Numbered from the stretch's first letter, positions 17,815 through 28,414 are shown. The stretch is 64,000 nt of DNA from an uncultured Clostridia bacterium (GCA_964400545.1 CAYNUG010000002.1:2671-66670); one strand, 5' to 3'. Notes: a model not told the origin generated them from the sequence alone. Program-made: numbers and translations.

Positions 17815-18414
17815 ATGGGTGAAATAAAGAGTATTTGTCTTTTCTGCGGGTCGAGCAAAGGAAATAACTCTGAATATCTTGATTCTGCATACGAAACAGG
17901 GAAATTATTGGCTGAAAAAGGTATTGGAATGGTCTATGGTGGCGGCAATGTCGGACTGATGGGAATGGCTGCGAAAGGGGCACTTGAGAACGGCGGGAAG
18001 GTGACAGGTGTTATCACTGAAAAACTTATGGATATGGAGGTCGGGCATACCGGACTTACAGAGATGAAAGTTACATCTTCGATGCATGAAAGAAAAGCGA
18101 TGATGAATAAACTTTCTGATGGATTTTTGGTTCTTCCTGGCGGAATCGGCACAATAGAGGAAACATTCGAGATGTTCACATGGTATCAACTGGGAGATAT
18201 TGAGAAACCGATAGGACTTCTTAATGTGAATGGTTATTATTCCGGGTTGATCGAATTCCTCAAGAATGTTGTTGCAAATGGGTTCCTGAGAGAAGAGCAT
18301 CTTGAATACCTGATCGTAGAGAAGAAGCCGGTCGAGTTGATCAAAAGAATTACAAATTCAAATGTAAAGCATTTGGAAAAGTGGTTTGACAGAGATAAAA
18401 ATATAATAAAATAG
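17815..18414 (+). CDS. LOG family protein (cytokinin riboside 5'-monophosphate phosphoribohydrolase-like, TIGR00730 type).
   Basis: GGGNVGLMG and PGGIGTIEE motifs. 199 aa. Confidence 0.8.
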   Translation: MGEIKSICLFCGSSKGNNSEYLDSAYETGKLLAEKGIGMVYGGGNVGLMGMAAKGALENGGKVTGVITEKLMDMEVGHTGLTEMKVTSSMHERKAMMNKLSDGFLVLPGGIGTIEETFEMFTWYQLGDIEKPIGLLNVNGYYSGLIEFLKNVVANGFLREEHLEYLIVEKKPVELIKRITNSNVKHLEKWFDRDKNIIK

Positions 18415-18417
18415 AAG

Positions 18418-19794
18418 TTATCTTTTTCGGTAAATATAATTACCCTGGGCCCGTGTGAGATCGAAATTGCCATCCTCAAAAACAACTTTACCTCCGGCTA
18501 TAACTTTAGACGGGGCACCGGTAATTTTGAAGTCTTCATATACTGAGGAGTCACAATTTTGAAATTGTGTTTTTGCAGTGATCTTTGATCTTTTATCGGG
18601 ATCCCAGATAACCAGATCTGCATCCGACCCTTTCAAGATCGCCCCTTTTTGAGGATAAAGCCCGAATATCTTGGCCGGCCTTGTCGAAACAAGATTAACG
18701 AATCGGTGAATACTTATTTTTCCCTCTGCCACCCCTTTCGAATATATCAGGCTCATTCTGTGATCGACCCCCCCTACACCCTTGGGTATGACAGAAAAAT
18801 CATCCGGCCCGGAGTAATTATCCCCTTTTGAATTGAAAGGGCAATGGTCGGTACTTATGACCTCAAGTGTACCCTCATTTAAACCATCCCATAACCGGGA
18901 GATATCATGGATTTTTCTCAGAGGCGGGCTCATTAGATATTTTGCCCCTTTTTTCCCTTTTTCATAGACAGAGTCATCGAGGGTCAGATAATGCGGACAG
19001 GTTTCTGCAAAAACCGGGATCCCATTCTTTTTTGCTTTCAATACACTATCAATACCCTGCTCAGTAGTCATATGTACAATATACAGAGGGCACCTTGTGA
19101 TTCCCGAAAATAAAATTGCCCGGTTAATTGCATCTATTTCCATTTCCGGTGGTCTGCTCTCCGGATAGTTCCGGATACCGATTTTTCCTGAAGAGACCAT
19201 TTTTTCCTTGAGGAAACTTTCAATATCTCCATTCTCACAATGTATCATTGAAATTCCACCGGCTTTCTTTATTATCTCCATCGTTTTGAGTATCTCAGGG
19301 TCATTCATCCCTATCGAATTTTTATATGCCATATAAAGTTTGAATGAAGTGATCCCTTCATTTTTTACCATTTCAAATATTTCTTTCTCTGTTTCGGGCC
19401 CGATTGAAGTGACAGACATATGGAGCGAATAATCACATAATGAATTTTCAGCTTCTTTCTTCCTTTTCGAAAGGGCCGAATGGAGTGATTCCCCTTTTGC
19501 GGGTGTTACGAAATCTATTAAGGTTGTTGTCCCTCCGGAAAGGGCTGCAATTGAACCGGACTCAAAATCATCTGATGATCTCCCATTTTCTGTTGGGAGA
19601 GACATGTGAACATGCGGGTCAACACCTCCGGGAAGGATAATGTATCCCGATGCATCTATAATGCGGATGTTCTTTCCCTCCGGAATCAGCTCATTTCCTA
19701 TGTCTTTGATCTTCCCACCGGAGATCAGTATATCGTTCTTGTATTGTCTGTTATGGGTGGTTATCAGTCCTTCCCTGACAAGAATATCTTCCAT
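18418..19794 (-). CDS. Cyclic amidohydrolase: D-hydantoinase/dihydropyrimidinase (HyuA-like).
   Basis: PGGVDPHVHMSLP metal-binding motif. About 458 aa, typical length. Neighbourhood with ssnA and xdhD-like genes as in the E. coli hyuA locus. Confidence 0.75.
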   Translation of the reverse strand: MEDILVREGLITTHNRQYKNDILISGGKIKDIGNELIPEGKNIRIIDASGYIILPGGVDPHVHMSLPTENGRSSDDFESGSIAALSGGTTTLIDFVTPAKGESLHSALSKRKKEAENSLCDYSLHMSVTSIGPETEKEIFEMVKNEGITSFKLYMAYKNSIGMNDPEILKTMEIIKKAGGISMIHCENGDIESFLKEKMVSSGKIGIRNYPESRPPEMEIDAINRAILFSGITRCPLYIVHMTTEQGIDSVLKAKKNGIPVFAETCPHYLTLDDSVYEKGKKGAKYLMSPPLRKIHDISRLWDGLNEGTLEVISTDHCPFNSKGDNYSGPDDFSVIPKGVGGVDHRMSLIYSKGVAEGKISIHRFVNLVSTRPAKIFGLYPQKGAILKGSDADLVIWDPDKRSKITAKTQFQNCDSSVYEDFKITGAPSKVIAGGKVVFEDGNFDLTRAQGNYIYRKR

Positions 19795-19803
19795 ATTCGG
19801 TTT

Positions 19804-21279
19804 TCAGGACTTCAACAATCCTGTCCTCTCGTTAAATGCCCTGATCAGATCATCCCACTTCTCGGGCTGGCTGAACATTTTGTCCCAGATCTTCCGGTCA
19901 TACCATAGTTGGTTCAGATCTTCAACTTTCTTCTGCTGCTGCTCCACCCATGTAAAATATTTAAGGTTATGGATAGCTTTTTTATCCTGATAAGTCAATT
20001 CTTTCAGATTGTCTGTCCCTGCTCCGAAGATCACCCGCTCAAGATCTTTATGAGCGTTAATCTCTGTATATTTCCCATTCGCTTCGTTCAATTCAGTTAT
20101 TCTTGACTGATACAACTCGGCTGAGTCTGTTGCAACAGTGAGGATCACATCATCTGAAGTAAACTCATAATATTTAGCTGTTTTTATGGCAGTAATAAGA
20201 TTTGATATTGATGAAATTCCTAAAAGGTCAAGCTGATTTATAATTTCAACCGGTACACCTTCATCAGCGAGGGCCTTCTTCCCGCTCTCTTCATTAAAAA
20301 GCCTGAGCATTTTCATACAATCCTCATCATCTATTGCAATAACCATATCTGTGTTTTTTGAATTATGGATCCAGGGAACATGTTTGTCCCCGATACCTTC
20401 TATCCTGTGTCCGCCGAATCCGTTCCTTAGAAGAGTAGGGCATTGGAGAGCTTCAGATGCTACAACTTTCATTAGTGGATATTTTTTTCTCAGATAATCT
20501 CCTGCAGCGATGGTCCCGGCAGATCCGGTAGCTGAAACATATGCTGCAAAATTCCCTTTTCCTTTCAGATCTTTAGTGAAAACTTCTTCCAGTGCATCCC
20601 CGGTCACAGTGTAATGCCACACGCTGTTGCCGAATTCATCAAACTGGTTGAAGATCATTACATCATTGCGCGTATCTCTCAACTCCCAGCATTTGTCATA
20701 TATCTCTTTTACATTTGATTCACATCCGGGTGTAGCAATTACCTCCGATCCAATATCTTCAAGCCATTCAAATCTTTCTCGGCTCATCTCTTCGGGAAGA
20801 ATTGAAATAGATTCACATCCCATCAGGTAAGAATCAAATGCACCGCCTCTGCAATAATTTCCTGTAGAAGGCCATACGGCTTTGTGAAATGTAGGGTCAA
20901 ACTCACCGGTAATTATTTTCGGGGCGAGGCATCCGTAAGCCGCTCCGACCTTGTGCGCACCTGTAGGAAAGTATTTTCCCACAAGGAGAACAATCCTTGC
21001 ATCTACTCCGGTTATCTCCTTTGGCAGTTCAATGTAATTTACTCCACCATACAAACCTCCGGTCTTTTTGGGTTCATTCTTCCATGTTATTCTGAAAAGG
21101 TTCAGCGGATGGAGATCCCAGAGTCCTATATTCCGTAGTTCGTTCTTGATCGAATCAGGGATCAGTTCCGGATTCTTCATCTGTTCAAATGTAGGTAGAA
21201 TTATCTTCTTCTCTCTGAATCTCTGAACAGACTTCTCAACTATTTCTTCGTTTATTATTTTGTCGGTTACACTTAACAT
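19804..21279 (-). CDS. PLP-dependent enzyme of the tryptophan synthase beta superfamily (fold type II), TrpB-like. Specific reaction unknown.
   Basis: PTGAHKVGAAYG resembles the TrpB PLP-lysine motif HTGAHKINN. 491 aa. 9 nt from the hydantoinase gene. Confidence 0.5.
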   Translation of the reverse strand: MLSVTDKIINEEIVEKSVQRFREKKIILPTFEQMKNPELIPDSIKNELRNIGLWDLHPLNLFRITWKNEPKKTGGLYGGVNYIELPKEITGVDARIVLLVGKYFPTGAHKVGAAYGCLAPKIITGEFDPTFHKAVWPSTGNYCRGGAFDSYLMGCESISILPEEMSRERFEWLEDIGSEVIATPGCESNVKEIYDKCWELRDTRNDVMIFNQFDEFGNSVWHYTVTGDALEEVFTKDLKGKGNFAAYVSATGSAGTIAAGDYLRKKYPLMKVVASEALQCPTLLRNGFGGHRIEGIGDKHVPWIHNSKNTDMVIAIDDEDCMKMLRLFNEESGKKALADEGVPVEIINQLDLLGISSISNLITAIKTAKYYEFTSDDVILTVATDSAELYQSRITELNEANGKYTEINAHKDLERVIFGAGTDNLKELTYQDKKAIHNLKYFTWVEQQQKKVEDLNQLWYDRKIWDKMFSQPEKWDDLIRAFNERTGLLKS

Positions 21280-21366
21280 TCCTTCTCCTGTAATTAATCG
21301 GGGTATAGAAACAATATAGCTTTTTTCATGGTTTTGTCAAGAGTTACGGATCAGGAACGGGTTTGT

Positions 21367-22644
21367 TCAGATCTCTTTCATCCTGTTCCAGAGAATGTTG
21401 CTTAATTCAGAAGAATGTTCCAGAATTGAGGATTCATCCACGTGCAGGATCTTTTTCTCTTTCATTACAATGTCTCCGCCGGAAATGACGGAATCGATAT
21501 CATTACCGGATATTCCGTAGATGAAATGTGAATAAAAATTATCTTTATTAAAATCTGTTCCCGGTCTGTAGTCGAGGATAATAAGATTGTTATCTCCATC
21601 ACCTGAAAAATTATTGCTCTCAAGATAATTATGACCGTTCCTTAATCTATTGTAAATGTCGGCAGGACTGTTCCCCCCGGAAAGGTTGCCGGTCAGGAAA
21701 GCGGATCTTGCGCTACCTAACATATTGCTGTTCATACCGTCAGTACCCAGGAGGGTTCTTTTGCCGAGTTTTTCAGGATCGAAGATTCCCACGCCATTGT
21801 TAAGATTGCTTTCCGGATTCTGCACGATCCATGATCCTGCGTTGGCGAGGATATTTCTTTCGGTACTATCAATATGAATGCAGTGAGCAAGGATAGATCT
21901 TTTTAGAGAAAGAGCTCCTGAATTGGACAGCCTTTCAATAACGCTTTTCCCGTATTTATTTTGTGTGATTTCCTGATCAACCTGATCTTCTGCAGCATGA
22001 ATGTGGATGCCTGTTCCATATTGTTCTGCTATTGAGACTGCTTTACCAAGAAGTTTTTCCGAAACGGTGAAGGAAGCATGAAGTCCTACAAGACCATGTT
22101 TTCCACTCTTGAGGTATTCTTCTGTCTCATCGAGGGCTTCGCTTGTGTGGCTCTCACCATCCCTGTCAGAAAGTTCATAACACAGAAGAGATGAAACTTT
22201 ACATTTCGAAAGTGATCTTTCAATTGTGTCAAGTGAACCGTTTATGGAAAAAGGTGATGAATGGTGGTCAACAACAAATGTAACTCCATTTCTGATGGAT
22301 GCAATAGCAGTAGTTAATGCACTGAATTCGATCATCTCATTTGTGAGTGATCTGTCAAGTTTCCACCAGATATATTTCAGTATTTCATAGAAATCGGTCG
22401 GCTGTTTTTCCGGAGCCGGCATTCCAAGGGCCAGTGCAGAATATATGTGATGGTGGGAATTAACAAAGGATCTTGTTATGAATTTCCCTGAGCAATCGAG
22501 TATTTCCGAGTTGTCGGGTATAAATTCTACAGGTCTGATCTTGCCTTTTGATCCTTTTTCTACCAGGAAATCCCCTTTAGAAAAATCGAGTGTTTTATAA
22601 TTTATATAGGTCCCGTTCTTTAAGTAAAGAGGTTTGTTGGTCAC
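21367..22644 (-). CDS. Putative aminohydrolase SsnA (amidohydrolase superfamily, chlorohydrolase/cytosine deaminase-like).
   Basis: Motifs FVNSHHHIYSA, YIWWKLDR, VDHHSSP, GIHIHAAED match the SsnA family. 4-nt overlap with the upstream sensor kinase gene. Confidence 0.7.
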   Translation of the reverse strand: MTNKPLYLKNGTYINYKTLDFSKGDFLVEKGSKGKIRPVEFIPDNSEILDCSGKFITRSFVNSHHHIYSALALGMPAPEKQPTDFYEILKYIWWKLDRSLTNEMIEFSALTTAIASIRNGVTFVVDHHSSPFSINGSLDTIERSLSKCKVSSLLCYELSDRDGESHTSEALDETEEYLKSGKHGLVGLHASFTVSEKLLGKAVSIAEQYGTGIHIHAAEDQVDQEITQNKYGKSVIERLSNSGALSLKRSILAHCIHIDSTERNILANAGSWIVQNPESNLNNGVGIFDPEKLGKRTLLGTDGMNSNMLGSARSAFLTGNLSGGNSPADIYNRLRNGHNYLESNNFSGDGDNNLIILDYRPGTDFNKDNFYSHFIYGISGNDIDSVISGGDIVMKEKKILHVDESSILEHSSELSNILWNRMKEI

Positions 22645-25073
22645 ATAAGTTCCTTCTTTACTGCCAATCCGAATTCTCTGAAAGAATAAGGTTTTTTAAG
22701 ATAACTTCCGGCCCCCATTCGTTGTGCACTCTTTACTCTTTCTGTCTCTGAATATCCGCTTACAATTATTGCTTTAACGTTCGGGTCTATTTCAAAAAGT
22801 TTTTTGAAGGTATCAAACCCGTCCATACCATTCTCCAAAAGCATATCCAGGATTACAAGGTCATGTTTTTTTCTTTTATATAATTTAACTGCATCTTCTC
22901 CGCTGGAAACCTTGTCAATTCTGTAATTCAGTTGAGTCAGATATTCTCCTGCAATCTCACGGGGGGATTCCTCGTCGTCAACGATTAATATTTTTTCTTT
23001 ATTTCCAGTAAATTCGGAAAAAGGAATGCTTTCCTTAGGCTGGGGCACTTTTCCGGAAGTCGCAGGGAAGTCGAGTTCGACTATTGTTCCCTGGCCCTTT
23101 CTGCTTGTTACATTTATTGATCCTTTGTGGTCCTTGACAGTTCCCCACACCACGGACATTCCGAGGCCTGTCCCACTCCTTCCTTTAAGTTTTTTTGTAT
23201 AAAAAGGCTCAAAGATCTTCTCTTTTTCCTCTTTGGACATTCCGACGCCTTCATCCCTGATAGTGATCCGGACCCTTTTCCCTTTTATTGATTTCTCCCC
23301 TGTGATGTTCTGTGATTTGATATGTATCGCACCTTTATTTTTCATGGCTTCAGCACTGTTTAATATCAGGTTCATAAACATTGCGGTAAGATGAATTTTT
23401 GATCCTTTAACATTAAAAAGATTGTTCTGTAGTTCGATATTGAATTTTATCTCAGGATAGTCCTTATTGATCTTCTCGAACTCGGATGAATTGAGGAGAT
23501 CTTTAATAATGATATTTATGTTTTCCGGTTGAAAATTTGTAATACTTCTCCTTGCAAGAGTGAGGAGGTCTTCGACTATGGCAGCAGCTTTCTGCCCTGA
23601 ATTTTTAAGTTTTCCAACATATTCTTTTACTTTTTTTTTGTCTGAGATATTCATCATGATAAGATCGGGATAGCTGACAATGGAGGTCAATACATTATTG
23701 AGGTCATGAGCTACCCCGCCGGCGAGTCTTCCGAGAGCTTCCATCTTTTCTGCTCTGTTCAGCTTTTCCTGGAGGATATTCTTTTCTTTTTCGTAAGCTT
23801 TCAGAGAAGATATATTGTTAAAGGTTGCGACCTTGATGTTGCCTGATCCCAGATCGAAATTACGTACTGTGCTCATACAGAATACAACATCAAAGTGTTT
23901 TGTCAGAAGAATGACCTCGATGGGAGTTTTTGAGCCGGAGAGATCCTTTTTTTTCAGAGCAATATAAGAATCCTCATGAAATAATTTTGATATTTTTTGG
24001 TCTTTCAGCTCCTGGAAGGTGTACCCGGTCATGTTAAGAAAGGCTTTGTTAATATCAATTATCTGTTCGTCCTTATCATAGAATAGGAGGCCTTCATCTG
24101 CAGCATCTGAAAGTTTTTTAAATCTTCGTTCACTTTCTTTAAGAGATTGTTCCCCCTTTTTCTGAACGATGGATGATGCAATTGTTGTAGAAATCGTCAT
24201 CAATACATCCTTATCCTTTTCGGAGTAAGCGCTGGGATCTGTATAGCTTTGAATGGCAAGGACTCCGATAATCCCATGGCCCTGTGATTTTAACGGAACT
24301 CCCAACCACGATTCGCTATCTGATCCGATCAATTCCACCTTCTCGTTTTTGAAAAGCCGATCCATATCCAGTTTGTTAGCCAGTAGAGGACGTTGGTGCC
24401 TGATCACATAATCTGTAAAACCGTTTTTCAGACATATGACTTCATCGTCAAAATCAACTTCCCCCGGATTCTCATCAATTCCGTATGGGATCATAAAAAG
24501 ATTTTTTTCCTTATCAACGATGAGTGCAACATAAAAGTTTTTTGCATCCATTAATTTGTTGATCTCTGTACGGACAGCTGACAAAAGCTGTACGAGCGTT
24601 TCGGATTCACCGGTAGCTTTTGAGATGTTAAATAAGACCGAATTGATCTTTTCCGCCTTTTTTCGTCTTGTTATATCTCTTACTACAGCTATAAGGTTCT
24701 TATTCCCATCGATCATGATTATATTCAGACTGACCTCTGTATCAAATGGCTCTCCGTTTAGTTTCGTGTGCTTCCACTCAAAGAGTTGGGGGTTCCCCTC
24801 AAGTGCAAAACGGACTTTTTTTATAGCTGAATTTTTGGATAATTCTCCACTGGGTTGATATTCCGGAGAAAATTCATCCGGTTTTGCGTTAAGAAGTTCT
24901 TCTCTTGACTTACACCCAAAAAGTTCGAGAGCTTTTTTGTTGCAATCCTTGAAAACCATGCCATCCATAAGAAGAATGGCATCATTGACAGAGTTAAGTA
25001 GTGTCGTGTCATTTTTAACGAAATTTGAAAAGCTTATATTGTCCGGATTGATCTTTTTTAATTTCTGTCCCAT
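22641..25073 (-). CDS. Hybrid sensor histidine kinase (PAS - GAF - PAS - HisKA - HATPase - receiver).
   Basis: HisKA H-box GGVAHDLNNVL. ATPase G-boxes (DEGVGM, GTGLGMS). C-terminal REC domain (ILIVDDE...DLVILDM...K). 810 aa. Confidence 0.85.
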   Translation of the reverse strand: MGQKLKKINPDNISFSNFVKNDTTLLNSVNDAILLMDGMVFKDCNKKALELFGCKSREELLNAKPDEFSPEYQPSGELSKNSAIKKVRFALEGNPQLFEWKHTKLNGEPFDTEVSLNIIMIDGNKNLIAVVRDITRRKKAEKINSVLFNISKATGESETLVQLLSAVRTEINKLMDAKNFYVALIVDKEKNLFMIPYGIDENPGEVDFDDEVICLKNGFTDYVIRHQRPLLANKLDMDRLFKNEKVELIGSDSESWLGVPLKSQGHGIIGVLAIQSYTDPSAYSEKDKDVLMTISTTIASSIVQKKGEQSLKESERRFKKLSDAADEGLLFYDKDEQIIDINKAFLNMTGYTFQELKDQKISKLFHEDSYIALKKKDLSGSKTPIEVILLTKHFDVVFCMSTVRNFDLGSGNIKVATFNNISSLKAYEKEKNILQEKLNRAEKMEALGRLAGGVAHDLNNVLTSIVSYPDLIMMNISDKKKVKEYVGKLKNSGQKAAAIVEDLLTLARRSITNFQPENINIIIKDLLNSSEFEKINKDYPEIKFNIELQNNLFNVKGSKIHLTAMFMNLILNSAEAMKNKGAIHIKSQNITGEKSIKGKRVRITIRDEGVGMSKEEKEKIFEPFYTKKLKGRSGTGLGMSVVWGTVKDHKGSINVTSRKGQGTIVELDFPATSGKVPQPKESIPFSEFTGNKEKILIVDDEESPREIAGEYLTQLNYRIDKVSSGEDAVKLYKRKKHDLVILDMLLENGMDGFDTFKKLFEIDPNVKAIIVSGYSETERVKSAQRMGAGSYLKKPYSFREFGLAVKKELM

Positions 25074-25134
25074 TTAGGTTCAATAAAATTATAGCACATG
25101 GATGTAAGAATTTATAAGGTTTTTGCCCATATGT

Positions 25135-27690
25135 TCATTTGTAAGGTTTTGTTAAAGGGAGTTTTTTCTGTCTTACGCCATTGAAGGTAAAGAAAGCATT
25201 TGCAACTGCTGCTGCAGTAGGAACAAGACCAATCTCTCCGATCCCCTTCGCCCCGTAGGGTCCTACCGGATCTTTTACTTCTACACCTCTGACCACTATT
25301 TCCGGAACATCACTTATTCGTGGGAGTCCCAGGTCTCTGAGTTTTCCACTGACAGGAACTCCATCTTTCATTTTCATTTCTTCAGAAACAGCGTATCCAA
25401 TCCCCATTAGAACAGCACCTTCGATCTGTCCTTCAAAAAGGATGGGGTTTATTATTTTCCCACCGTCATGTGCGGCAATTACTTTCTTTATATTTCCGGT
25501 ATCGTCCAGTGAAACAAGTTGTGTTGCGTAACTGTATGAATAGTGAGTGATCACTTCGCCGGGGGCCCCGGGTTTTGTTGAATTCTCAAAGCTCCATCTT
25601 CCACTGTATGTTCTCCCGGCCAATTGCGAAAGAGATTTGTTTTTCAGGTCTTTTTTAAGATCCTTACAGGCTTCGATAATTCCATTGCCAATCAATATTG
25701 TACCCCGGCTTGATGTGGTCATTCCTGCAACGGCACCATCTTTTGTCATGACTCTCACTTCGATCAAATTCGGATCAATTCCTGTTTCTGTACTTAGGAC
25801 CTGGACTGCCACAGTATTTACTCCCTGCCCCATCTCTGTCCATCCATGACAAAGTGTAACTTTCATTCCGGAGACGATCTCGATCTTTATTTCCGAGAAA
25901 TCTATCATTCCATTTCCTATCCCGGAGTTTTTTATTCCACAGGCGAGACCGCTGTACTTTTCCATATAGAAATCATCTCTTACCGATAAAAGAGTTTCTC
26001 TTACTCCGACTCCTTCTCCAAGTATTTGTCCGGTGGCAGTTAATGAACCTTCAACCAGTGAATTGTCATATCGGATCTGCCATCTGTCAAATCCACCCAA
26101 TTTACAGAGTTCGTCTATACAACTTTCTATCGCAAATGTAACCTGATTAACTCCGAAACCTCTCATAGCTCCTGACGGAATATTATTTGTGTATAATGTT
26201 TTTGCTTCAATATCGACCGCAGGGAAATTATAGGCTCCGGTTGCATGTCCGGCAGCTCTTTCCAGAACTTTGGCGCCTACCGATGCATAAGCTCCTGTAT
26301 CGCCAATGATCTTTGCTTTAAGAATGGTGAACTTACCGTCCATGTCACATCCCACTTCGTAATCCATTATTAGAGGATGTCTTTTCGGATGCATTCTGAT
26401 GGATTCTTCACGGTTGAATTTCAGTTTTACAGGAAGTTTTGTTAACCATGAGAATAAAGCGGCATGTCCCTGTACGGTCATATCCTCTTTTCCTCCAAAA
26501 CCACCACCGTTCTCAAGAAGATGGACGGAGATCTTATCTTCCGGCAATGCCAGGATGCGGGCGATTTGTCTTCTGTCTTCATAGATCCCCTGACTCTGTG
26601 AATAGATTTCGATCCCATTATTTTCGGTGGTCATAGCAACAGCAGCTTCAACTTCAAGGAATGCATGTTCTATTCTCTGGGTCTCATATCTCCCTTTTAC
26701 CGTATATCTTGATCTGTTAAGTATCTCATCTGCATTTCCTCCCCTTCTCAATTTTGTAGTTTCCAGGAGGTTGCCTTCAGGATGAATTTTTATTTTGCTG
26801 TTCTCTGCTTTCTCCATATCAGTGATCGGTTCATATACTTCATATTCAACATCAATGAGTTCAACGGCTCTTCTCGCATCGGATTCGGTGGAAGCGACAA
26901 CTCCGGCAATGACATCGCCGATATATCTTGTGATTTCTCCTTCTGATATCATTAATGGCCAGTCATTCCGAATAAGTCCGAAATATCTTTCTCCGGGAAT
27001 ATCCACAGCAGTGATGACCCTGATGACGCCTTTTAGCTCTTCGGCTTTTTGTGTATTGATCCTGACAACTTTTGCTCTCGGATGGTCTGAAAATCTAAGA
27101 GCTGAATATACCATATTGTCAAATTCCAGATCATCAACATATGGAGATGTCCCAATGGCCTTTTCATAAGCTTTGTACTTTGGAAAGCTTGTGCCGATCA
27201 GGCCACTCTTTTCTGAGGTTTCTTGCTGGCCGTTCCCGAGAATTTTTATTGCTTCCGCGGATGCATCGATTATTTTCTTATATCCGGTACATCTGCAATA
27301 ATTCCCTCTTAATGTTTTTTTTATTTTGTCACGTGAAGGAGATGGGTCGGTATCATGAAGTATTTTAATTCTGGTTATAAACCCGGGAGTGCAGAAGCCG
27401 CATTGAACGGCACCTTTTCTGACAAAAGCATTTGCAATAATATCTATGGTTTTTTTAGGGAATCCTTCCATTGTAAATATTTCAGAGTTTTTAACCTTTG
27501 CCATTTTTGTGATGCATGAAAGAATGGCCTTCCCATTCATCTCGACCGTACAGGCTCCACAGAACGCCTGTCCGGAGCAACCATCTCTTACACTCTTTAT
27601 ATTTTCAAAATTTCTTAAATATTCAAGAAGTGTTACATCCTTGTCACCGGTATAAATTTTTTCTTTTCCGTTTAGTTTAAATCTGATCAT
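25135..27690 (-). CDS. Fused [2Fe-2S]/molybdopterin hydroxylase subunit of the xanthine dehydrogenase family (XdhD-like; selenium-dependent molybdenum hydroxylase-like architecture). No FAD subunit gene adjacent.
   Basis: N-terminal CSGQAFCGACTV and QCGFCTPG cysteine motifs of the two 2Fe-2S domains. Large Mo-cofactor-binding aldehyde oxidase/xanthine dehydrogenase body follows. 851 aa. Confidence 0.75.
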   Translation of the reverse strand: MIRFKLNGKEKIYTGDKDVTLLEYLRNFENIKSVRDGCSGQAFCGACTVEMNGKAILSCITKMAKVKNSEIFTMEGFPKKTIDIIANAFVRKGAVQCGFCTPGFITRIKILHDTDPSPSRDKIKKTLRGNYCRCTGYKKIIDASAEAIKILGNGQQETSEKSGLIGTSFPKYKAYEKAIGTSPYVDDLEFDNMVYSALRFSDHPRAKVVRINTQKAEELKGVIRVITAVDIPGERYFGLIRNDWPLMISEGEITRYIGDVIAGVVASTESDARRAVELIDVEYEVYEPITDMEKAENSKIKIHPEGNLLETTKLRRGGNADEILNRSRYTVKGRYETQRIEHAFLEVEAAVAMTTENNGIEIYSQSQGIYEDRRQIARILALPEDKISVHLLENGGGFGGKEDMTVQGHAALFSWLTKLPVKLKFNREESIRMHPKRHPLIMDYEVGCDMDGKFTILKAKIIGDTGAYASVGAKVLERAAGHATGAYNFPAVDIEAKTLYTNNIPSGAMRGFGVNQVTFAIESCIDELCKLGGFDRWQIRYDNSLVEGSLTATGQILGEGVGVRETLLSVRDDFYMEKYSGLACGIKNSGIGNGMIDFSEIKIEIVSGMKVTLCHGWTEMGQGVNTVAVQVLSTETGIDPNLIEVRVMTKDGAVAGMTTSSRGTILIGNGIIEACKDLKKDLKNKSLSQLAGRTYSGRWSFENSTKPGAPGEVITHYSYSYATQLVSLDDTGNIKKVIAAHDGGKIINPILFEGQIEGAVLMGIGYAVSEEMKMKDGVPVSGKLRDLGLPRISDVPEIVVRGVEVKDPVGPYGAKGIGEIGLVPTAAAVANAFFTFNGVRQKKLPLTKPYK

Positions 27691-27796
27691 TTATATGCTC
27701 AGAATAATTATACATTATCATGGTATATTTTTATATCTTTACAAAATTCAGTTAATTCTCTAAAATTTAAACTATAATAAAACATAAGGAGAAGAT

Positions 27797-28408
27797 ATGA
27801 ATAAAAAATTAGGAATAGGCTGCGGAACATTTCTTATAATCGTTCTTGTGATTGGTGTGGTTCTTATTGGATGGGGTATTAAGGTTAACAACAATATGGT
27901 AAAACATGATGAAAATGTTAAAGAGAAGTGGGGTCAGGTTGAGAATGTTTATCAGAGGAGATTTGATCTGATACCTAATCTTGTTGCTACTGTAAAGGGA
28001 TATGCAGCACACGAGAAGGAAACATTTATTGCCGTTACTGAGGCCAGATCTAAGGTTGGAGGACAGATAAATATCAGTGATAAGGTTCTGAACAATCCTC
28101 AGGCATTTAATCAGTTCCAGCAGGCACAAAGCAGTCTTACAAGTGCACTTCAGAGATTAATGGTAGTTGTAGAGAAATATCCTGATCTAAAAGCTAATGA
28201 AAATTTTCTAAATCTTCAGAACCAGTTGGAAGGAACGGAGAATAGGATAGCTGTTGAGAGAAGAAGATTTAATGAAGCAGCTCGCGAGTTTAATACATAC
28301 ATTAAAGTATTCCCCAATTCTATTATCGCATCTTTTAGAAATTTCAAAGAGAAGGCTTATTTTCTGTCAACTGAGGGGGCCAAGACAGCTCCGAAAGTAG
28401 AATTCTAA
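27797..28408 (+). CDS. lemA: LemA family protein.
   Basis: N-terminal TM helix then conserved LemA body (WGQVENVYQRRFDLIPNLV...YPDLKANENFLNLQNQLEGTENRIAVERRRFNEAAREFN). Confidence 0.85.
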   Translation: MNKKLGIGCGTFLIIVLVIGVVLIGWGIKVNNNMVKHDENVKEKWGQVENVYQRRFDLIPNLVATVKGYAAHEKETFIAVTEARSKVGGQINISDKVLNNPQAFNQFQQAQSSLTSALQRLMVVVEKYPDLKANENFLNLQNQLEGTENRIAVERRRFNEAAREFNTYIKVFPNSIIASFRNFKEKAYFLSTEGAKTAPKVEF

Positions 28409-28414
28409 AATAAA

